DNA from: Chloroflexia bacterium SDU3-3
GTDB lineage: Bacteria; Chloroflexota; Chloroflexia; Chloroflexales; Roseiflexaceae
Assembly: GCA_009268125.1 (NCBI GenBank)
Contig: WBOU01000004.1
Location: 148,494 to 212,493 of the forward strand
DNA: 64,000 nt
Reading direction: 5' to 3'
In this document: in pieces, positions 47,999-58,124 of the stretch
How the letters are laid out: each line of letters begins with the position of its first letter
Position numbering within the stretch: position 1 is the stretch's first letter
The notes under the pieces: generated by a model
Told to the model about the DNA's origin: nothing
Databases searched by the model: none
Seen by the model: the letters and a program-made list of their open reading frames with translations, nothing else
Position numbers and translations under genes: made by a program

Positions 47999-50482
47999 AT
48001 GGATGAGACGAAGATCAACCAGCTGCTCGACGCGATGACGCTTGAGGAGCAGGTGGCCCTGCTGGCCGGGGCCTCGTTCTGGGAGACAGTGCCGGTCGAG
48101 CGGCTGGGCATACCGGCCATCAAGGTCTCGGATGGCCCGAACGGCGCGCGCGGCGGCGGCAGCCTGGTGGGCGGCGTCAGCGCCGCCTGCTTCCCCGCAG
48201 GCATCTCGCTCGGCTCCAGCTGGAACACCGCTCTGATCGAGCAGGTGGGCAAGGCCCTAGGCGAGGAGGCCAAGACCAAGGGCGCGACCGTGCTGCTGGC
48301 CCCCACCGTCAACCTGCACCGCTCCACGCTCAACGGGCGCAACTTCGAGGCCTACTCCGAAGATCCCTACCTGACCGCCGAGATCGGCAAGGCCTATATC
48401 GAGGGCGTGCAGAGCACCGGCGTGGGCGCGACCATCAAGCACTATGTGGGCAACGAGTCCGAGTTCGAGCGCATGACGATCAACTCGGAGATCGACGAGC
48501 GCGCCCTACGCGAGCTGTACCTGCTGCCCTTCGAGGTGGCCGTGAAGCAGGCCCACGTGTGGGCGGTGATGGCGGCCTACAACAAGGTGAACGGCACCTA
48601 CGCCAGCGAGAACGCCCGCACCCAGATCGAGATCCTGAAGGACGAGTGGGGCTTCGACGGCGTGGTGATGTCCGACTGGTTCGCCACCCACAGCGTGGCC
48701 GAGACGCTGAACGGCGGCCTCGACCTGGAGATGCCCGGGCCGACCAAGTTCCGCGGCGAGCAGCTGGTGGCCGCCGTGCGCCAGGGCCAGGTGAGCGCCG
48801 AGGCGGTGCGCGAGAGCGCCCGCCGCATGCTGCGCCTGATCGCCCGCACCGGCGCGTTCGAGCGCCAGGGCGGCATCCCCGACGAGCAGGCGGTCAACCG
48901 CCCCGACCACCAGGCGCTGGCCCGCCGCGCCGCCGCCGAGGGCATCGTGCTGCTGAAGAACGAGGGCGTGCTGCCGCTCGACCCGGCCAAGATCGACAGC
49001 ATCGCGATCATCGGCCCCAACGCCAAGACCGCCCGGATCATGGGCGGCGGCAGCGCCCAGGTGAACGCGCACTACCGCGTCAGCCCCTACGAGGGCGTGG
49101 CGGCCCAGGTGGGCGAGCAGGTGGAGCTGGCCTTCGCGCCGGGCAGCACCAACCACAAGCTGCTGCCGCTGCTGGGCGGCGGCTTCGTCGTCGAGTACTT
49201 CAACAGCCCCGACCTCTCCGGCCCGGTCGTCTGGCAGAGCCAGACCAGCGAGGCCGAGCTGATGTGGTTCAACGAGATCGGCCCGGGCATCAACCCGCAG
49301 CGCTTCTCGGCGCGGATCAGCGGCCAGTTCGTGGCCGAGGAGGACGGCGAGTACCACTTTGGGCTGGTGAGCGCGGGCAAGAGCCGCCTGCTGGTGGATG
49401 GCAAGCTGGTGGTGGAGAACTGGGAGCAGTGGCAGCCCGGCGACACCTACTTCGGCGGCGGCAGCGTGGAGGCGATCGGCACCCTGGTGTGCAAGAAGGG
49501 CCAGACCTACGTGCTCAGCGTCGAGTACGGCTCCACCGGCGCGAGCGGCCTGGGCATCAACGCCGTGCGCGCAGGCGTCATCCTGCCGCTGGGCGAGGAC
49601 GCGATCGAGCAGGCCGCGCGGCTGGCCGCCCAGTCCGATGCGGCGGTGCTGTTCGTGGGCCTCAGCGGCGAGTGGGACAGCGAGGGTGCCGACCGCCCTC
49701 ACATGGATCTGGTGGGGCGGCAGGATGAGCTGATCGCCCGTGTGGCGGCGGCCAACCCGCGCACCGTGGTGGTGCTGCAGACCGGCGGGCCGATCACCAT
49801 GCCCTGGCTGGGACAGGTGGCGGGCGTGCTGCAGGCATGGTACCCCGGCCAGGAGTGCGGCAACGCGATCAGCGATGTGCTGTTCGGCGCGGTCAACCCC
49901 TCGGGCCACCTGCCCCAGAGCTTCCCGCACCGGCTGGAGGACAACCCGGCCTTCCTCAACTACCCCGGCGAGAATGGCAAGGTGCGCTACGGCGAGGGTA
50001 TCTTCATCGGCTACCGCTACTACGAGAAGAAGAAGATCGCGCCGCTCTTCCCCTTCGGCTTCGGCCTCTCGTACACCAGCTTCGCCTACACCAACCTGCG
50101 CCTGAGCGCATCCAGCATCCTGCCAGGCGGCCAGCTGACCGCCACGGTGGATGTGGCCAACACCGGCGAGCGCGCCGGGCAGGCGGTGGTGCAGCTCTAC
50201 GTGCGCGACCCGCAGTCGCGCCTGGCCCGCCCCGAGAAGGAGCTGAAGGGCTTCGCCAAGGTCGAGCTGGCCCCCGGCGAGACCCGCAGCGTGGCGATCA
50301 CGCTCGACATGCGCTCGCTGGCCTACTACGACGACGCCCGCGCCGCCTGGGTGGCCGACGCAGGCGCGTTCGAGGTGCTGATCGGCAGCTCCGCCGCCGA
50401 CATCCACCAGCGCGCCAGCTTCAGCCTAGCCGAGGAGTGGCACGAGCCAGCCAGCGCCAAATCTTCGCCTGTGAGCGCCTAG
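47999..50482 (+). CDS. GH3 beta-glucosidase with inserted PA14 domain and C-terminal Fn3-like domain
   Basis: 827 aa. GH3 N-terminal region (KVSDGPNGARG, catalytic region SDW), PA14 insert (EYHFGLVSAGKSRLLVDGKLVV), GH3 C-terminus. Confidence 0.85.
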   Translation: MDETKINQLLDAMTLEEQVALLAGASFWETVPVERLGIPAIKVSDGPNGARGGGSLVGGVSAACFPAGISLGSSWNTALIEQVGKALGEEAKTKGATVLLAPTVNLHRSTLNGRNFEAYSEDPYLTAEIGKAYIEGVQSTGVGATIKHYVGNESEFERMTINSEIDERALRELYLLPFEVAVKQAHVWAVMAAYNKVNGTYASENARTQIEILKDEWGFDGVVMSDWFATHSVAETLNGGLDLEMPGPTKFRGEQLVAAVRQGQVSAEAVRESARRMLRLIARTGAFERQGGIPDEQAVNRPDHQALARRAAAEGIVLLKNEGVLPLDPAKIDSIAIIGPNAKTARIMGGGSAQVNAHYRVSPYEGVAAQVGEQVELAFAPGSTNHKLLPLLGGGFVVEYFNSPDLSGPVVWQSQTSEAELMWFNEIGPGINPQRFSARISGQFVAEEDGEYHFGLVSAGKSRLLVDGKLVVENWEQWQPGDTYFGGGSVEAIGTLVCKKGQTYVLSVEYGSTGASGLGINAVRAGVILPLGEDAIEQAARLAAQSDAAVLFVGLSGEWDSEGADRPHMDLVGRQDELIARVAAANPRTVVVLQTGGPITMPWLGQVAGVLQAWYPGQECGNAISDVLFGAVNPSGHLPQSFPHRLEDNPAFLNYPGENGKVRYGEGIFIGYRYYEKKKIAPLFPFGFGLSYTSFAYTNLRLSASSILPGGQLTATVDVANTGERAGQAVVQLYVRDPQSRLARPEKELKGFAKVELAPGETRSVAITLDMRSLAYYDDARAAWVADAGAFEVLIGSSAADIHQRASFSLAEEWHEPASAKSSPVSA

Positions 50483-50649
50483 CGCTCAAGCCCTAGCCGC
50501 AAGCCTCGCCTTAGCAGCTATCTGCCATCGTTACGTGCAGATCGTCGCTGGGGCGAGGCTTTTTCTGTTACAAAAAGTGTATGATCAGCCGCTTCTTTTC
50601 TTCACACAAAAATACTGTATCCCATAGATGACACAGCATTCTTTATCGT

Positions 50650-50812
50650 TCGGCGATGATGATTAAGCTTCCGGCGATGGTGATTAAGCTTCCGGCGATG
50701 ATGATTAAGCTTCCGGCGATGATGATTAAGCTTCCGGCGATGATGATTAAGCTTCCGGCGATGGTGATTAAGCTTCCGGCGATGGTGATTAAGCTTCCGG
50801 CGATGGTGCTGT
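50650..50812. repeat. 21-bp tandem minisatellite, about 7.8 units, AT-rich, between bglX and birA
   Basis: Unit CCGGCGATG(A/G)TGATTAAGCTT with R = A/G variation. Contains AAGCTT. No spacers. Confidence 0.9.
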
Positions 50813-50860
50813 GCGGTATACATCATACATACGCATCAAAATCTATCGTCGCCACCAAAC

Positions 50861-50890
50861 AAAACTTGGAGCCTTCTTGGTGGTAAAAAT
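50861..50890. repeat. dispersed repeat fragment E (core only)
   Basis: aaaacttggagccttcttggtggtaaaaat, preceded by the complementary gccaccaa giving a possible hairpin. Confidence 0.4.
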
Positions 50891-50930
50891 ACCCGCCCCA
50901 CCCACGCTCAGAATGCACTATACTGCCGCC

Positions 50931-51725
50931 ATGACAACCGACACCCCTCTCATCGGGAGCCAGATCGAGCGCCACGCGCAGGTCGGCTCCACCAACGACA
51001 TGGTGCGCGAGCGCGCCAGGGCCGGGGCCGCCGAGGGCCTGGCGATCATCGCCGACGAGCAGACCAAGGGGCGCGGTCGCCTGGGCCGCGCCTGGGCCGC
51101 GCCGCCCGGCGGCTGCCTGCTGCTCTCGGCGCTGCTGCGGCCCACGTGGCTTCCGCCCGCCGACTCGTTCCTGATCACCATGCTGGCCGCCACCGCGCTG
51201 TGCGAGGCCGCCGAGCTGGCCGCGCCCCAGCTGCGGGCCCGGCTGAAATGGCCCAACGACCTGCTGCTGCCCGCCGCGCCGCAGCCCAACGCGCCGCTGC
51301 GCAAGGCCGCAGGCATCCTCTGCGAGCTGGCGGTGGAGCGGGGCCAGATCGCCCACGTGGCCCTGGGCATCGGCGTGAACGTCAGCTGGCACCCGCAGGG
51401 CGTGGTGGATGGCCGCGATCTGGGCGCGCAGGCCACCAGCCTGGGCGCGGCCAGCGGCCAGCCGGTGGACCGCGAGCGGCTGCTGGCCGCGCTGCTGACC
51501 AGGCTCGACGCCCGCTACGCGGCGCTGCGGCGCGGCCACCGCGAGTCGCTGTTTGCCGAGTGGCAGGGGCGGCTGGCCACACTCGGCCAGCAGGTGGAGG
51601 TGAGCATCCCCGGCGCGGGCGTGCTGCGCGGCCTGGCCGAGGGCGTGGACCGCAACGGCTCGCTCATCCTGCGCGGCGGCGACGGCCAGCGCCACACCAT
51701 CACCGCTGGCGACGTGCAGGCGTAG
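50931..51725 (+). CDS. birA: biotin--[acetyl-CoA-carboxylase] ligase, group I (no N-terminal HTH)
   Basis: 264 aa. Begins directly with the catalytic domain (QVGSTNDMVRERA...GRGRLGRAW GxGxxG-like), C-terminal SH3-like domain. Confidence 0.8.
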   Translation: MTTDTPLIGSQIERHAQVGSTNDMVRERARAGAAEGLAIIADEQTKGRGRLGRAWAAPPGGCLLLSALLRPTWLPPADSFLITMLAATALCEAAELAAPQLRARLKWPNDLLLPAAPQPNAPLRKAAGILCELAVERGQIAHVALGIGVNVSWHPQGVVDGRDLGAQATSLGAASGQPVDRERLLAALLTRLDARYAALRRGHRESLFAEWQGRLATLGQQVEVSIPGAGVLRGLAEGVDRNGSLILRGGDGQRHTITAGDVQA

Positions 51726-51744
51726 GAGCTACTCTGCCCAAAGC

Positions 51745-51870
51745 GCGAAGACGCGAAAAACGAAAACTTCTTGCTATTCGTTTCTTCTACTCTTCTACCC
51801 TCTTGGTGTCTTGGAGCCTTGGTGGTAAAAACCCTCGTGCCTTCGCGTCTTCGTGGTATTCGTTCTCTTG
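51745..51870. repeat. dispersed repeat copy D with its own flanking inverted repeat
   Basis: gcgaagacgcgaa...cttggtgtcttggagccttggtggtaaaaaccctcgtgccttcgcgtcttcgtggtattcg. Shares the cttcgtgg/ctcgtgcc modules with copy A. Confidence 0.5.
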
Positions 51871-51923
51871 GAACCTTCATTGACGGGCCAAAAGAGATGG
51901 GGTACACTCGCCGCAGGACGCCA

Positions 51924-52541
51924 ATGAAGGATAAGGAAACCGCCATGGGACGTGCAGCACGAGCCAAGCGCCAGCGCCGCGAGGCAGTCGAATTTGTCAG
52001 CGGGCTGACCGCCTGCGAGGGCACCTGGCTAGAGCGCCAGCCCGACAAGGATGAGCAGCAGCGCGTGGCCGCCGCCCGCCAGGAACTGGCCAAGCACCGC
52101 GACATCGCCGCCGAGCTGGCCAAAGACGAGGACGCCGCCAACCGCTTCAGCCTGCAGGTGCTGCGCGAGGACCGCTTCGCCCCGCTCTACTTCGAGGACT
52201 GGGTGGTGGAGCAGGTGATCGACGGCCTGGGCGAGCCGCCCGTGGTCGAGAGCGACGACGACCCGGCGTTCAGCAACTACCTGCGGGCGGCGGTGCAGGG
52301 CATCGCATCCAGCCGCGTGCGCCGCGCCCTGGCCAGCCAGGCCTCGCGCCTGCTGCCTGGGCTGGTGGCCGAGGGCAAGATCCGCGAGGCGCTGGCCGTC
52401 GAGTACAACATCTTCCTCACCCTGATGAGCGAGGCGATCACACCGCTGCTAGCCCAGATGATGGTGGGCGGCCTGGCGCGCTACTACGACGCGCTGGATG
52501 GCTACGAGGATGGCAACGAGGAGCCATCGGCGGGCGAGTAG
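51924..52541 (+). CDS. hypothetical protein
   Basis: About 205-aa acidic ORF. Start ambiguous (ATG at 51897, 51924 or 51945). Confidence 0.45.
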   Translation: MKDKETAMGRAARAKRQRREAVEFVSGLTACEGTWLERQPDKDEQQRVAAARQELAKHRDIAAELAKDEDAANRFSLQVLREDRFAPLYFEDWVVEQVIDGLGEPPVVESDDDPAFSNYLRAAVQGIASSRVRRALASQASRLLPGLVAEGKIREALAVEYNIFLTLMSEAITPLLAQMMVGGLARYYDALDGYEDGNEEPSAGE

Positions 52542-52594
52542 CAACATGCGAAAAGGGCCAGGGCGCGTGCCCTGGCCCTTTTCTTTGCGCTGGG

Positions 52595-53671
52595 CTAGAG
52601 CGCCACCCGCGCCGAGCGCTGGCGCAGCAGGTGGTCGGCCAGCACCAGGGCCAGCATGGCCTCGGCGATCGGCACCAGGCGCGGCAGCACCGTCGGGTCG
52701 TGCCGCCCGTGGATCTCGATGGTCTGCGCCTCGCCGTCGCGGTCCACCGTCTGCTGGGGCTGGGCGATCGAGGCCGGGGGCTTGGCCGCCAGTCGCAGCA
52801 CGATCTCCTCGCCGCTAGAGATGCCGCCCAGGATGCCGCCGTGGTGGTTGGATGTGGTGCCGATGCTGCCGTCGGCGCGGCGCACGAACGGGTCGTTGTG
52901 CTCGGAGCCACGGAAGCCCGCCACCCCAAAGCCCTCGCCGAACTCCACGCCCTTAATCGCCGGGATGGAGAACATGGCCTTGCCGATATCGGCTTGCAGT
53001 TTGTCAAACACTGGCTCGCCCAGGCCGGGCGGCACGCCGCGCGCCCGCACCTCCACCACGCCGCCCAGCGAGTCGAGGCTGCGCCGCGCAGCGTCCACCC
53101 GCTCCACCATCTGGGCGGCCACGGCGGCGTCGGGGCAGCGCATCAGGTTGCGCTCGATCTCGGCCTCGTCGAACTCCTTGGCCTCCAGGTCGCCTAGGCG
53201 CGATGTCCAGGCCAGCACCGAGATGCCAGCGCTGGCCAGCAGCAGCTTGGCCACCGCGCCGCCCGCCACGCGCCCGATGGTCTCGCGCGCGCTGGAGCGC
53301 CCGCCGCCGCGGTGGTCGCGGAAGCCGTACTTGGCATCCCAGGTGTAGTCGGCGTGGCCGGGGCGATACATGTCCTTGATATTGCTGTAGTGGGCCGACT
53401 TGGCATCCTGGTTCCAGACCATCATGGCGATCGGGGTGCCGGTGGTGCGGCCCTCGAACACGCCCGATGCGATCTGCACCTTGTCCGGCTCCTGCCGCGC
53501 CGAGGTCATGCGGCTCTGGCCCACCCGCCGCCGGTCGAGCTCGCGCTGGATGTCCTCCTCGCCCAGCGCGAGGCCGGCGGGGCAGCCATCCACCACGCAG
53601 CCCACCCCCGGCCCATGCGACTCGCCCCACGTGGTCAGCCGAAAGATCTGCCCGAAGCTATTTCCACCCAT
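52595..53671 (-). CDS. aroC: chorismate synthase
   Basis: [33 protein letters not shown]...RPGHADYTW...[10 protein letters not shown] is the canonical AroC sequence. Confidence 0.85.
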   Translation of the reverse strand: MGGNSFGQIFRLTTWGESHGPGVGCVVDGCPAGLALGEEDIQRELDRRRVGQSRMTSARQEPDKVQIASGVFEGRTTGTPIAMMVWNQDAKSAHYSNIKDMYRPGHADYTWDAKYGFRDHRGGGRSSARETIGRVAGGAVAKLLLASAGISVLAWTSRLGDLEAKEFDEAEIERNLMRCPDAAVAAQMVERVDAARRSLDSLGGVVEVRARGVPPGLGEPVFDKLQADIGKAMFSIPAIKGVEFGEGFGVAGFRGSEHNDPFVRRADGSIGTTSNHHGGILGGISSGEEIVLRLAAKPPASIAQPQQTVDRDGEAQTIEIHGRHDPTVLPRLVPIAEAMLALVLADHLLRQRSARVAL

Positions 53672-53763
53672 GGTCTCTCTTGCTCCTGATCGCGACGCCG
53701 CGCCGCGTGATGGCGCTGCTTTGTGCCGATCATAGCGGCTTGCGCGGCGGGCGTCAACCGCAC

Positions 53764-55038
53764 CTAGGCCAGTGTCTGCACCATCTGGTAGGTCTCGCGC
53801 AGCCGCTGGTCGTTTGGCGCAAGCGTGATCGCGTGTTCGAGGGTGGAGATCGCCTTTGCGCGCTGCTTGACCTGGGCGTAGGCGAGGCCTAGCGCATGCA
53901 GGTACTGCACGTTTGCCGCATCGCCATAGGCTGCCGCCTCCCACTCTTGCATGGCCGCATACCACATTCCCTGCTCTTTCAGGGCTATCCCGGTATTGTA
54001 GTGCTCAGCGGCTGTGCCCGCGCCCACCGTGTGCACAAAGCGCACCTTGCTGCCAAAGACCTTGGGGTAGCCTCGGTAGAGCAAAAACCCTTGGAACGAG
54101 ATCCATAGGAAGCTGATAACGAGCACAACTAGCATCAGCACCATGATCATCGTTGAGGACGTGAGCATCTGGATATCATCGCTTTGTGCAACCATGATCA
54201 CAAACTCAACAACACGCTGGAGAAAGCCAAGCGTATTCAGGCCAAGCAGAATGACGGCCACGATGAAGGCCCAGCGCCGCCGCAGGAACAGGCCGCGCGC
54301 GATCAGAATGGCGGGAAGGGATATGACGGACAAGATGATAAGCACGATAATCCTGCTGGCGCCATCCAACAGCAGATCAACCCTGCTATTCATGATTGGA
54401 CCCCAAAGGAAAATCACAAACACAAAGGCGATAATCACCGGCAGCACCCAGAGAAATGCCAGCAGCGTGAGCGAGCGGCTGCCCTCCTCAGGGTTCGGCG
54501 GGGTGTGCAGCAGCATGGGGCGGCTGCACTGGGTGCACCGCCGTAGCTTGAGCGGCATCATCGCGCCGCAGCAGGGGCAGGGGGCCGCATCGCCTGCCAC
54601 GGGTGCGGCAGGTGCGGGCCGCGCAACCTCGACGTCGGCCACAGCGGGCGCGGCCATCGGCTCGCTGGGAGGCGCAGCGGGCGTGGCCACCTCGGCAGCG
54701 GGCGCGGCCACCTCGGCGGCGGGCGCAGGGGTAGCGGGTGCGGCAGCCTCGGCGGGCGCGGCGGGCGCATCCGCTGGCTGGCCCACCTCGCGCGCCTGGG
54801 GCCTGCCATACTTCTGATCAAGGATGGCAATACCTTTGAGGGCATGCGGGTTGCTCGGCTCCAGGTGCAGCACATTGTCTAGGCAGACCCGCATCTCCTC
54901 GGGGTCATCCACCACGCCAGAGAGCCACAGCCAGGCCTGCGCGTTCCGCTCGTCGGTCTCAAGCACGCGCATCAGCAAGGCGCGCGCCTCCTCGCGGCGG
55001 CCAGCACGGGCCGCCGCCATCGCATCTGATAGAGTCAT
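53764..55038 (-). CDS. TPR / zinc-ribbon / multi-TM membrane protein
   Basis: N-terminal TPR-like segment, Ala/Pro-rich linker, CPCC...CTQC zinc ribbon, about 4 TM helices, C-terminal TPR repeats. Its ATG overlaps the upstream gene's stop (ATGA). Confidence 0.5.
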   Translation of the reverse strand: MTLSDAMAAARAGRREEARALLMRVLETDERNAQAWLWLSGVVDDPEEMRVCLDNVLHLEPSNPHALKGIAILDQKYGRPQAREVGQPADAPAAPAEAAAPATPAPAAEVAAPAAEVATPAAPPSEPMAAPAVADVEVARPAPAAPVAGDAAPCPCCGAMMPLKLRRCTQCSRPMLLHTPPNPEEGSRSLTLLAFLWVLPVIIAFVFVIFLWGPIMNSRVDLLLDGASRIIVLIILSVISLPAILIARGLFLRRRWAFIVAVILLGLNTLGFLQRVVEFVIMVAQSDDIQMLTSSTMIMVLMLVVLVISFLWISFQGFLLYRGYPKVFGSKVRFVHTVGAGTAAEHYNTGIALKEQGMWYAAMQEWEAAAYGDAANVQYLHALGLAYAQVKQRAKAISTLEHAITLAPNDQRLRETYQMVQTLA

Positions 55039-56645
55039 GTGTTTTTCTGTTTTGTCCAGACCACTGCGCCCTCGACCATGGTCAGGTCGGCGCTCACCCG
55101 ATGAAGCTCGGTCGGCGGCAGGGTAAACGGGTCGTCGGAAAGGACGGCGAGATCGGCCAGCATGCCGGGGGCCAGCGCGCCCAGCCTGCCAGCCATGCCC
55201 GCCGTGTAGGCGGCCCCCGTGGTGAAGCCGCGCAGCGCATCGGCCAACGTCAGCCGCTGCTCGGGGTGCCAGCCGCCCTCGGGCTGGCCGCCCGGGCGCT
55301 GGCGGGTGACGGCGGCGTGGATGCCCAGCCAGGGGTTGAGCGACTCCACCGGCGCATCCGAGCCGAAGGCCAGCGTCGCGCCCGCATCCTGCAGGGCGCG
55401 CCAGGCGTAGGCCGTGGCGCAGCGCTCGCCCCACAGCCGGTCCGCCGTCTCGATGTCGGATGTGCAGTGGATAGGCTGCATGGATGCCACCACGCCCAGC
55501 TGCGCAAAGCGCGGGATGTCGGTCGGGTCGAGCAGCTGGCAGTGCTCGATCCGGTTAGGGATGCCGCCGAAGCTGGCGGGCGCACCCTCGGCCCGCGCCG
55601 CCGCGATCGCATCCAGCACGCGTCGGTTGGCCCCATCGCCGATGGCGTGGACGATCACGGCGATGCCGCTGGCGTTGGCCTTGCGCACCGATGCGTTCAG
55701 ATCCTGGGTACTGTAGGTCTGGATGCCGGTGTTGCGCGAACCCTCGTAGGGCCGCAGCAGCTCGGCGGTCTCCGACCCCAGGGTGCCGTCGGCAAACATC
55801 TTCACGCCGCCCAGGCGCAGCCAGCGGTCGCCCAGCCCGCTGCGCAGGCCCAGCGCGATAGCCGAATCCAGCGTGCCGATATCGAGGTGCACCAGGCAGC
55901 GCAGGGCCAGCTGGCCGCGCTCGCGCAGCTGCTGGGCGGTGCGCAGCACCATGGCCCCATCGCCCACATCCAGGTAGGGTGGCACATGCACCCCGGCCAT
56001 GCCATACGAGTGGGCCTCGGCGATGGCGTCGCGCACCGCAGCCAGCCGGTCCTCGTCGGTGAGCGGCGGGATGTGGCGGCGCACTAGGTCGATGGCGGTC
56101 TCGAACAGCAGGCCGGTCGGCAGGCCATCCTCGCGGCGGATCGCGCCGCCCGCCGGGTCGGGCGTCTCGGCGCTCACCTGAGCGATCGCCAGCGCGTGCG
56201 AGTTGAGCCATGCGCAGTGGCCATCCTTGCGGAACAGTAGCGCGGGGCGGTCGGGCACCACCGCATCCAGCTCGGCGGCGGTGGGCCAGCGCCCGCCCCA
56301 GCGCACGTGGTCCCAGCCGCCGCCCTGCAGCCACACGCCGGGGGGCAGCGCCGACGCCGCCCGCCCGATCTGCGCCAGCGCATCCTCGTAGCTGGCCGCG
56401 CCATCCAGGCTCACCTCGCGCCGCCGCAGCGCGTGGGCCACCAGGTGCACATGCGCGTCGGTCAGCGCGGGGATCAGGGCGCGCTTGCGCAGGTCGATCG
56501 ACTCGGCCTGCGAGCCGGCGGCGGCGAAGACCTTGCCCACGCTGCCCACGGCCAGCACCCGCCCGTCGCGCACGGCGATCGCGCTGGCCTTGGGGTTCTG
56601 CGGGTCGAGCGTGTAGACCGGGCCGTTGTGAAAGATGATCGTCAT
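55035..56645 (-). CDS. amidohydrolase-family metal-dependent hydrolase
   Basis: Metal-binding HVH (TDAHVHLVAHAL), HxH and Asp motifs of the amidohydrolase_3 superfamily. Confidence 0.7.
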   Translation of the reverse strand: MTIIFHNGPVYTLDPQNPKASAIAVRDGRVLAVGSVGKVFAAAGSQAESIDLRKRALIPALTDAHVHLVAHALRRREVSLDGAASYEDALAQIGRAASALPPGVWLQGGGWDHVRWGGRWPTAAELDAVVPDRPALLFRKDGHCAWLNSHALAIAQVSAETPDPAGGAIRREDGLPTGLLFETAIDLVRRHIPPLTDEDRLAAVRDAIAEAHSYGMAGVHVPPYLDVGDGAMVLRTAQQLRERGQLALRCLVHLDIGTLDSAIALGLRSGLGDRWLRLGGVKMFADGTLGSETAELLRPYEGSRNTGIQTYSTQDLNASVRKANASGIAVIVHAIGDGANRRVLDAIAAARAEGAPASFGGIPNRIEHCQLLDPTDIPRFAQLGVVASMQPIHCTSDIETADRLWGERCATAYAWRALQDAGATLAFGSDAPVESLNPWLGIHAAVTRQRPGGQPEGGWHPEQRLTLADALRGFTTGAAYTAGMAGRLGALAPGMLADLAVLSDDPFTLPPTELHRVSADLTMVEGAVVWTKQKNT

Positions 56646-56855
56646 TGTCGGTGCCATCTCTTTCGCAAGGCGCACTATGCCCTGCAGTGGTTCTATACGC
56701 TGCCGCAGGCACAGAGTTTCACGCAGAACGGGTTAGGCTATCGTACCCTTTTTTTCCTGCGACAGTCAATAGAAAAGCGGTTAAAGAGTGCTGGGGAAAG
56801 CATACCCCATAAGCGCCAATAGTTCATGAAACGTAAAAAGCACGAGTTCAGATCA

Positions 56856-56992
56856 ACAGGGTCTATGCGTTCTACGCAGCCTTTACGCTGGGGTAAACGG
56901 GCAACGTTCCAAGCATAGCCTATGTTTGCCCCAGTGCAGTTTGGAGTCTTGGTGGTAAAAATGTTCTGCCGAACGAGAACGCACAGGCGCTA
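56856..56992. repeat. MITE-like dispersed repeat copy B, complete with TIRs
   Basis: cagggtctatgcgttctacg...gtttggagtcttggtggtaaaaatgttctgccgaacgagaacgcacag. Confidence 0.6.
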
Positions 56993-57051
56993 GCACGATC
57001 GGGCAAACATTTGACAAACATGGCGAGCGATGCTATTATAGCCCGCGTTAC

Positions 57052-57128
57052 GGGCGATTAGCTCAGCTGGTTAGAGCGCCACGTTGACATCGTGGAGGTC
57101 ACTGGTTCGAGTCCAGTATCGCCCACCA
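57052..57128 (+). tRNA. tRNA-Val (anticodon GAC), CCA encoded
   Basis: Cloverleaf folded by hand. Acceptor GGGCGAT/ATCGCCC, D-arm TAGCTCAGCTGGTTAGAGC, anticodon stem CCACG/CGTGG with loop TTGACAT, T-arm ACTGG-TTCGAGT-CCAGT, then ACCA. Confidence 0.85.
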
Positions 57129-57132
57129 TAAC

Positions 57133-57174
57133 AGCCAAAACGGGGAAGCGGGAAACTGCTTCCCCGTTTTGGCT
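57133..57174 (+). terminator. perfect 17-bp hairpin after the tRNA
   Basis: agccaaaacggggaagc-gggaaact-gcttccccgttttggct, with a weak U-tract. Confidence 0.45.
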
Positions 57175-57219
57175 ATTATCACCCGCACGCTCTCGCACCA
57201 AAACCTCAGAGGTGTGCCT

Positions 57220-58068
57220 ATGGGTCTCTTCCGTGTGAGCGAAAAAGAGAAGCTCCAGCTGTTCCGCGAGAACTTCCGCACCCTGATCGCCGACGGCACC
57301 TACCCGCCCGACCGCCAGCAGCTGCTCTACGCATGGTGCCAGCGCAACGAGCTCGACTGGACCGCCGCCCGCGACTACGTGCGCGAGGATGCCGAGCACC
57401 TAGTGCGCTTCCAGCTCCAGCGCATCACCCACGACCGCCAGATCGCCAAGGCCGAGATCATCGAGCTGAGCGCATTGCTGCGGCGGCTGCGGCTCTCGCC
57501 CGAGAGCGGCGCGGCCCAGCGCTTCTACGAGCTGGTGGAGCAGAAGATCAAGGACCGGATCATCGCGCGGGCGGCCTACCTTGGCTCGGCCCCCGCCGTG
57601 CAGGGATTAAAGGACGAGATCGCCAGCTACGCCCTGCCGGATACCATCTACCAGCGGCTGATCGCCACGCTTGAGCACCAGCACGAGCTGGCCCAGCTCA
57701 CCAGCGGCACGCTGCCCACCATCGCGCCCAGCGTGGATCTGTATGGCAACGAGGCCTGCCACTTCGAGGCGCGCGTGGCCTTCTACCTGGGCCGCAGCCA
57801 GCAGCTCACGGCGGGCGATGGTCTGCTGGTCGTCACCAGCGAGCGCCTGATGGTGCTGGCCAGCCAGGGTGGGCAGGCCGCCCCCTGGCGCAGCGTGAGC
57901 GCCATCCAGTTCACCCCGCCCGCCACGGTCGGCTTTCGGCTGGGCAGCGCCAGCATCTCCATCCAGCACCCCAGCGCGCAGTACATCGCCACCCTGCTGG
58001 TCAACGCCCAGCGCATCTATGTGCCCCAGTCGCCCAGCCCGGTGATCGGCGGCAAGCGGCTGGCCTAG
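57220..58068 (+). CDS. hypothetical protein with C-terminal bacterial PH-like domain
   Basis: About 283 aa. RBS AGAGGTG before ATG 57220. The C-terminus resembles the bPH fold. Confidence 0.45.
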   Translation: MGLFRVSEKEKLQLFRENFRTLIADGTYPPDRQQLLYAWCQRNELDWTAARDYVREDAEHLVRFQLQRITHDRQIAKAEIIELSALLRRLRLSPESGAAQRFYELVEQKIKDRIIARAAYLGSAPAVQGLKDEIASYALPDTIYQRLIATLEHQHELAQLTSGTLPTIAPSVDLYGNEACHFEARVAFYLGRSQQLTAGDGLLVVTSERLMVLASQGGQAAPWRSVSAIQFTPPATVGFRLGSASISIQHPSAQYIATLLVNAQRIYVPQSPSPVIGGKRLA

Positions 58069-58078
58069 CCCGGGGCGC

Positions 58079-58110
58079 AAAAAAGCCCGCAGGGGAGACC
58101 CTGCGGGCCG
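58079..58110. terminator. bidirectional terminator hairpin
   Basis: aaaaaagcccgcagggg-aga-ccctgcgggc. Gives a U-tract on the minus strand after the CrtI-like gene. Confidence 0.5.
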
Positions 58111-58124
58111 CGCCAGCGCCGGGC

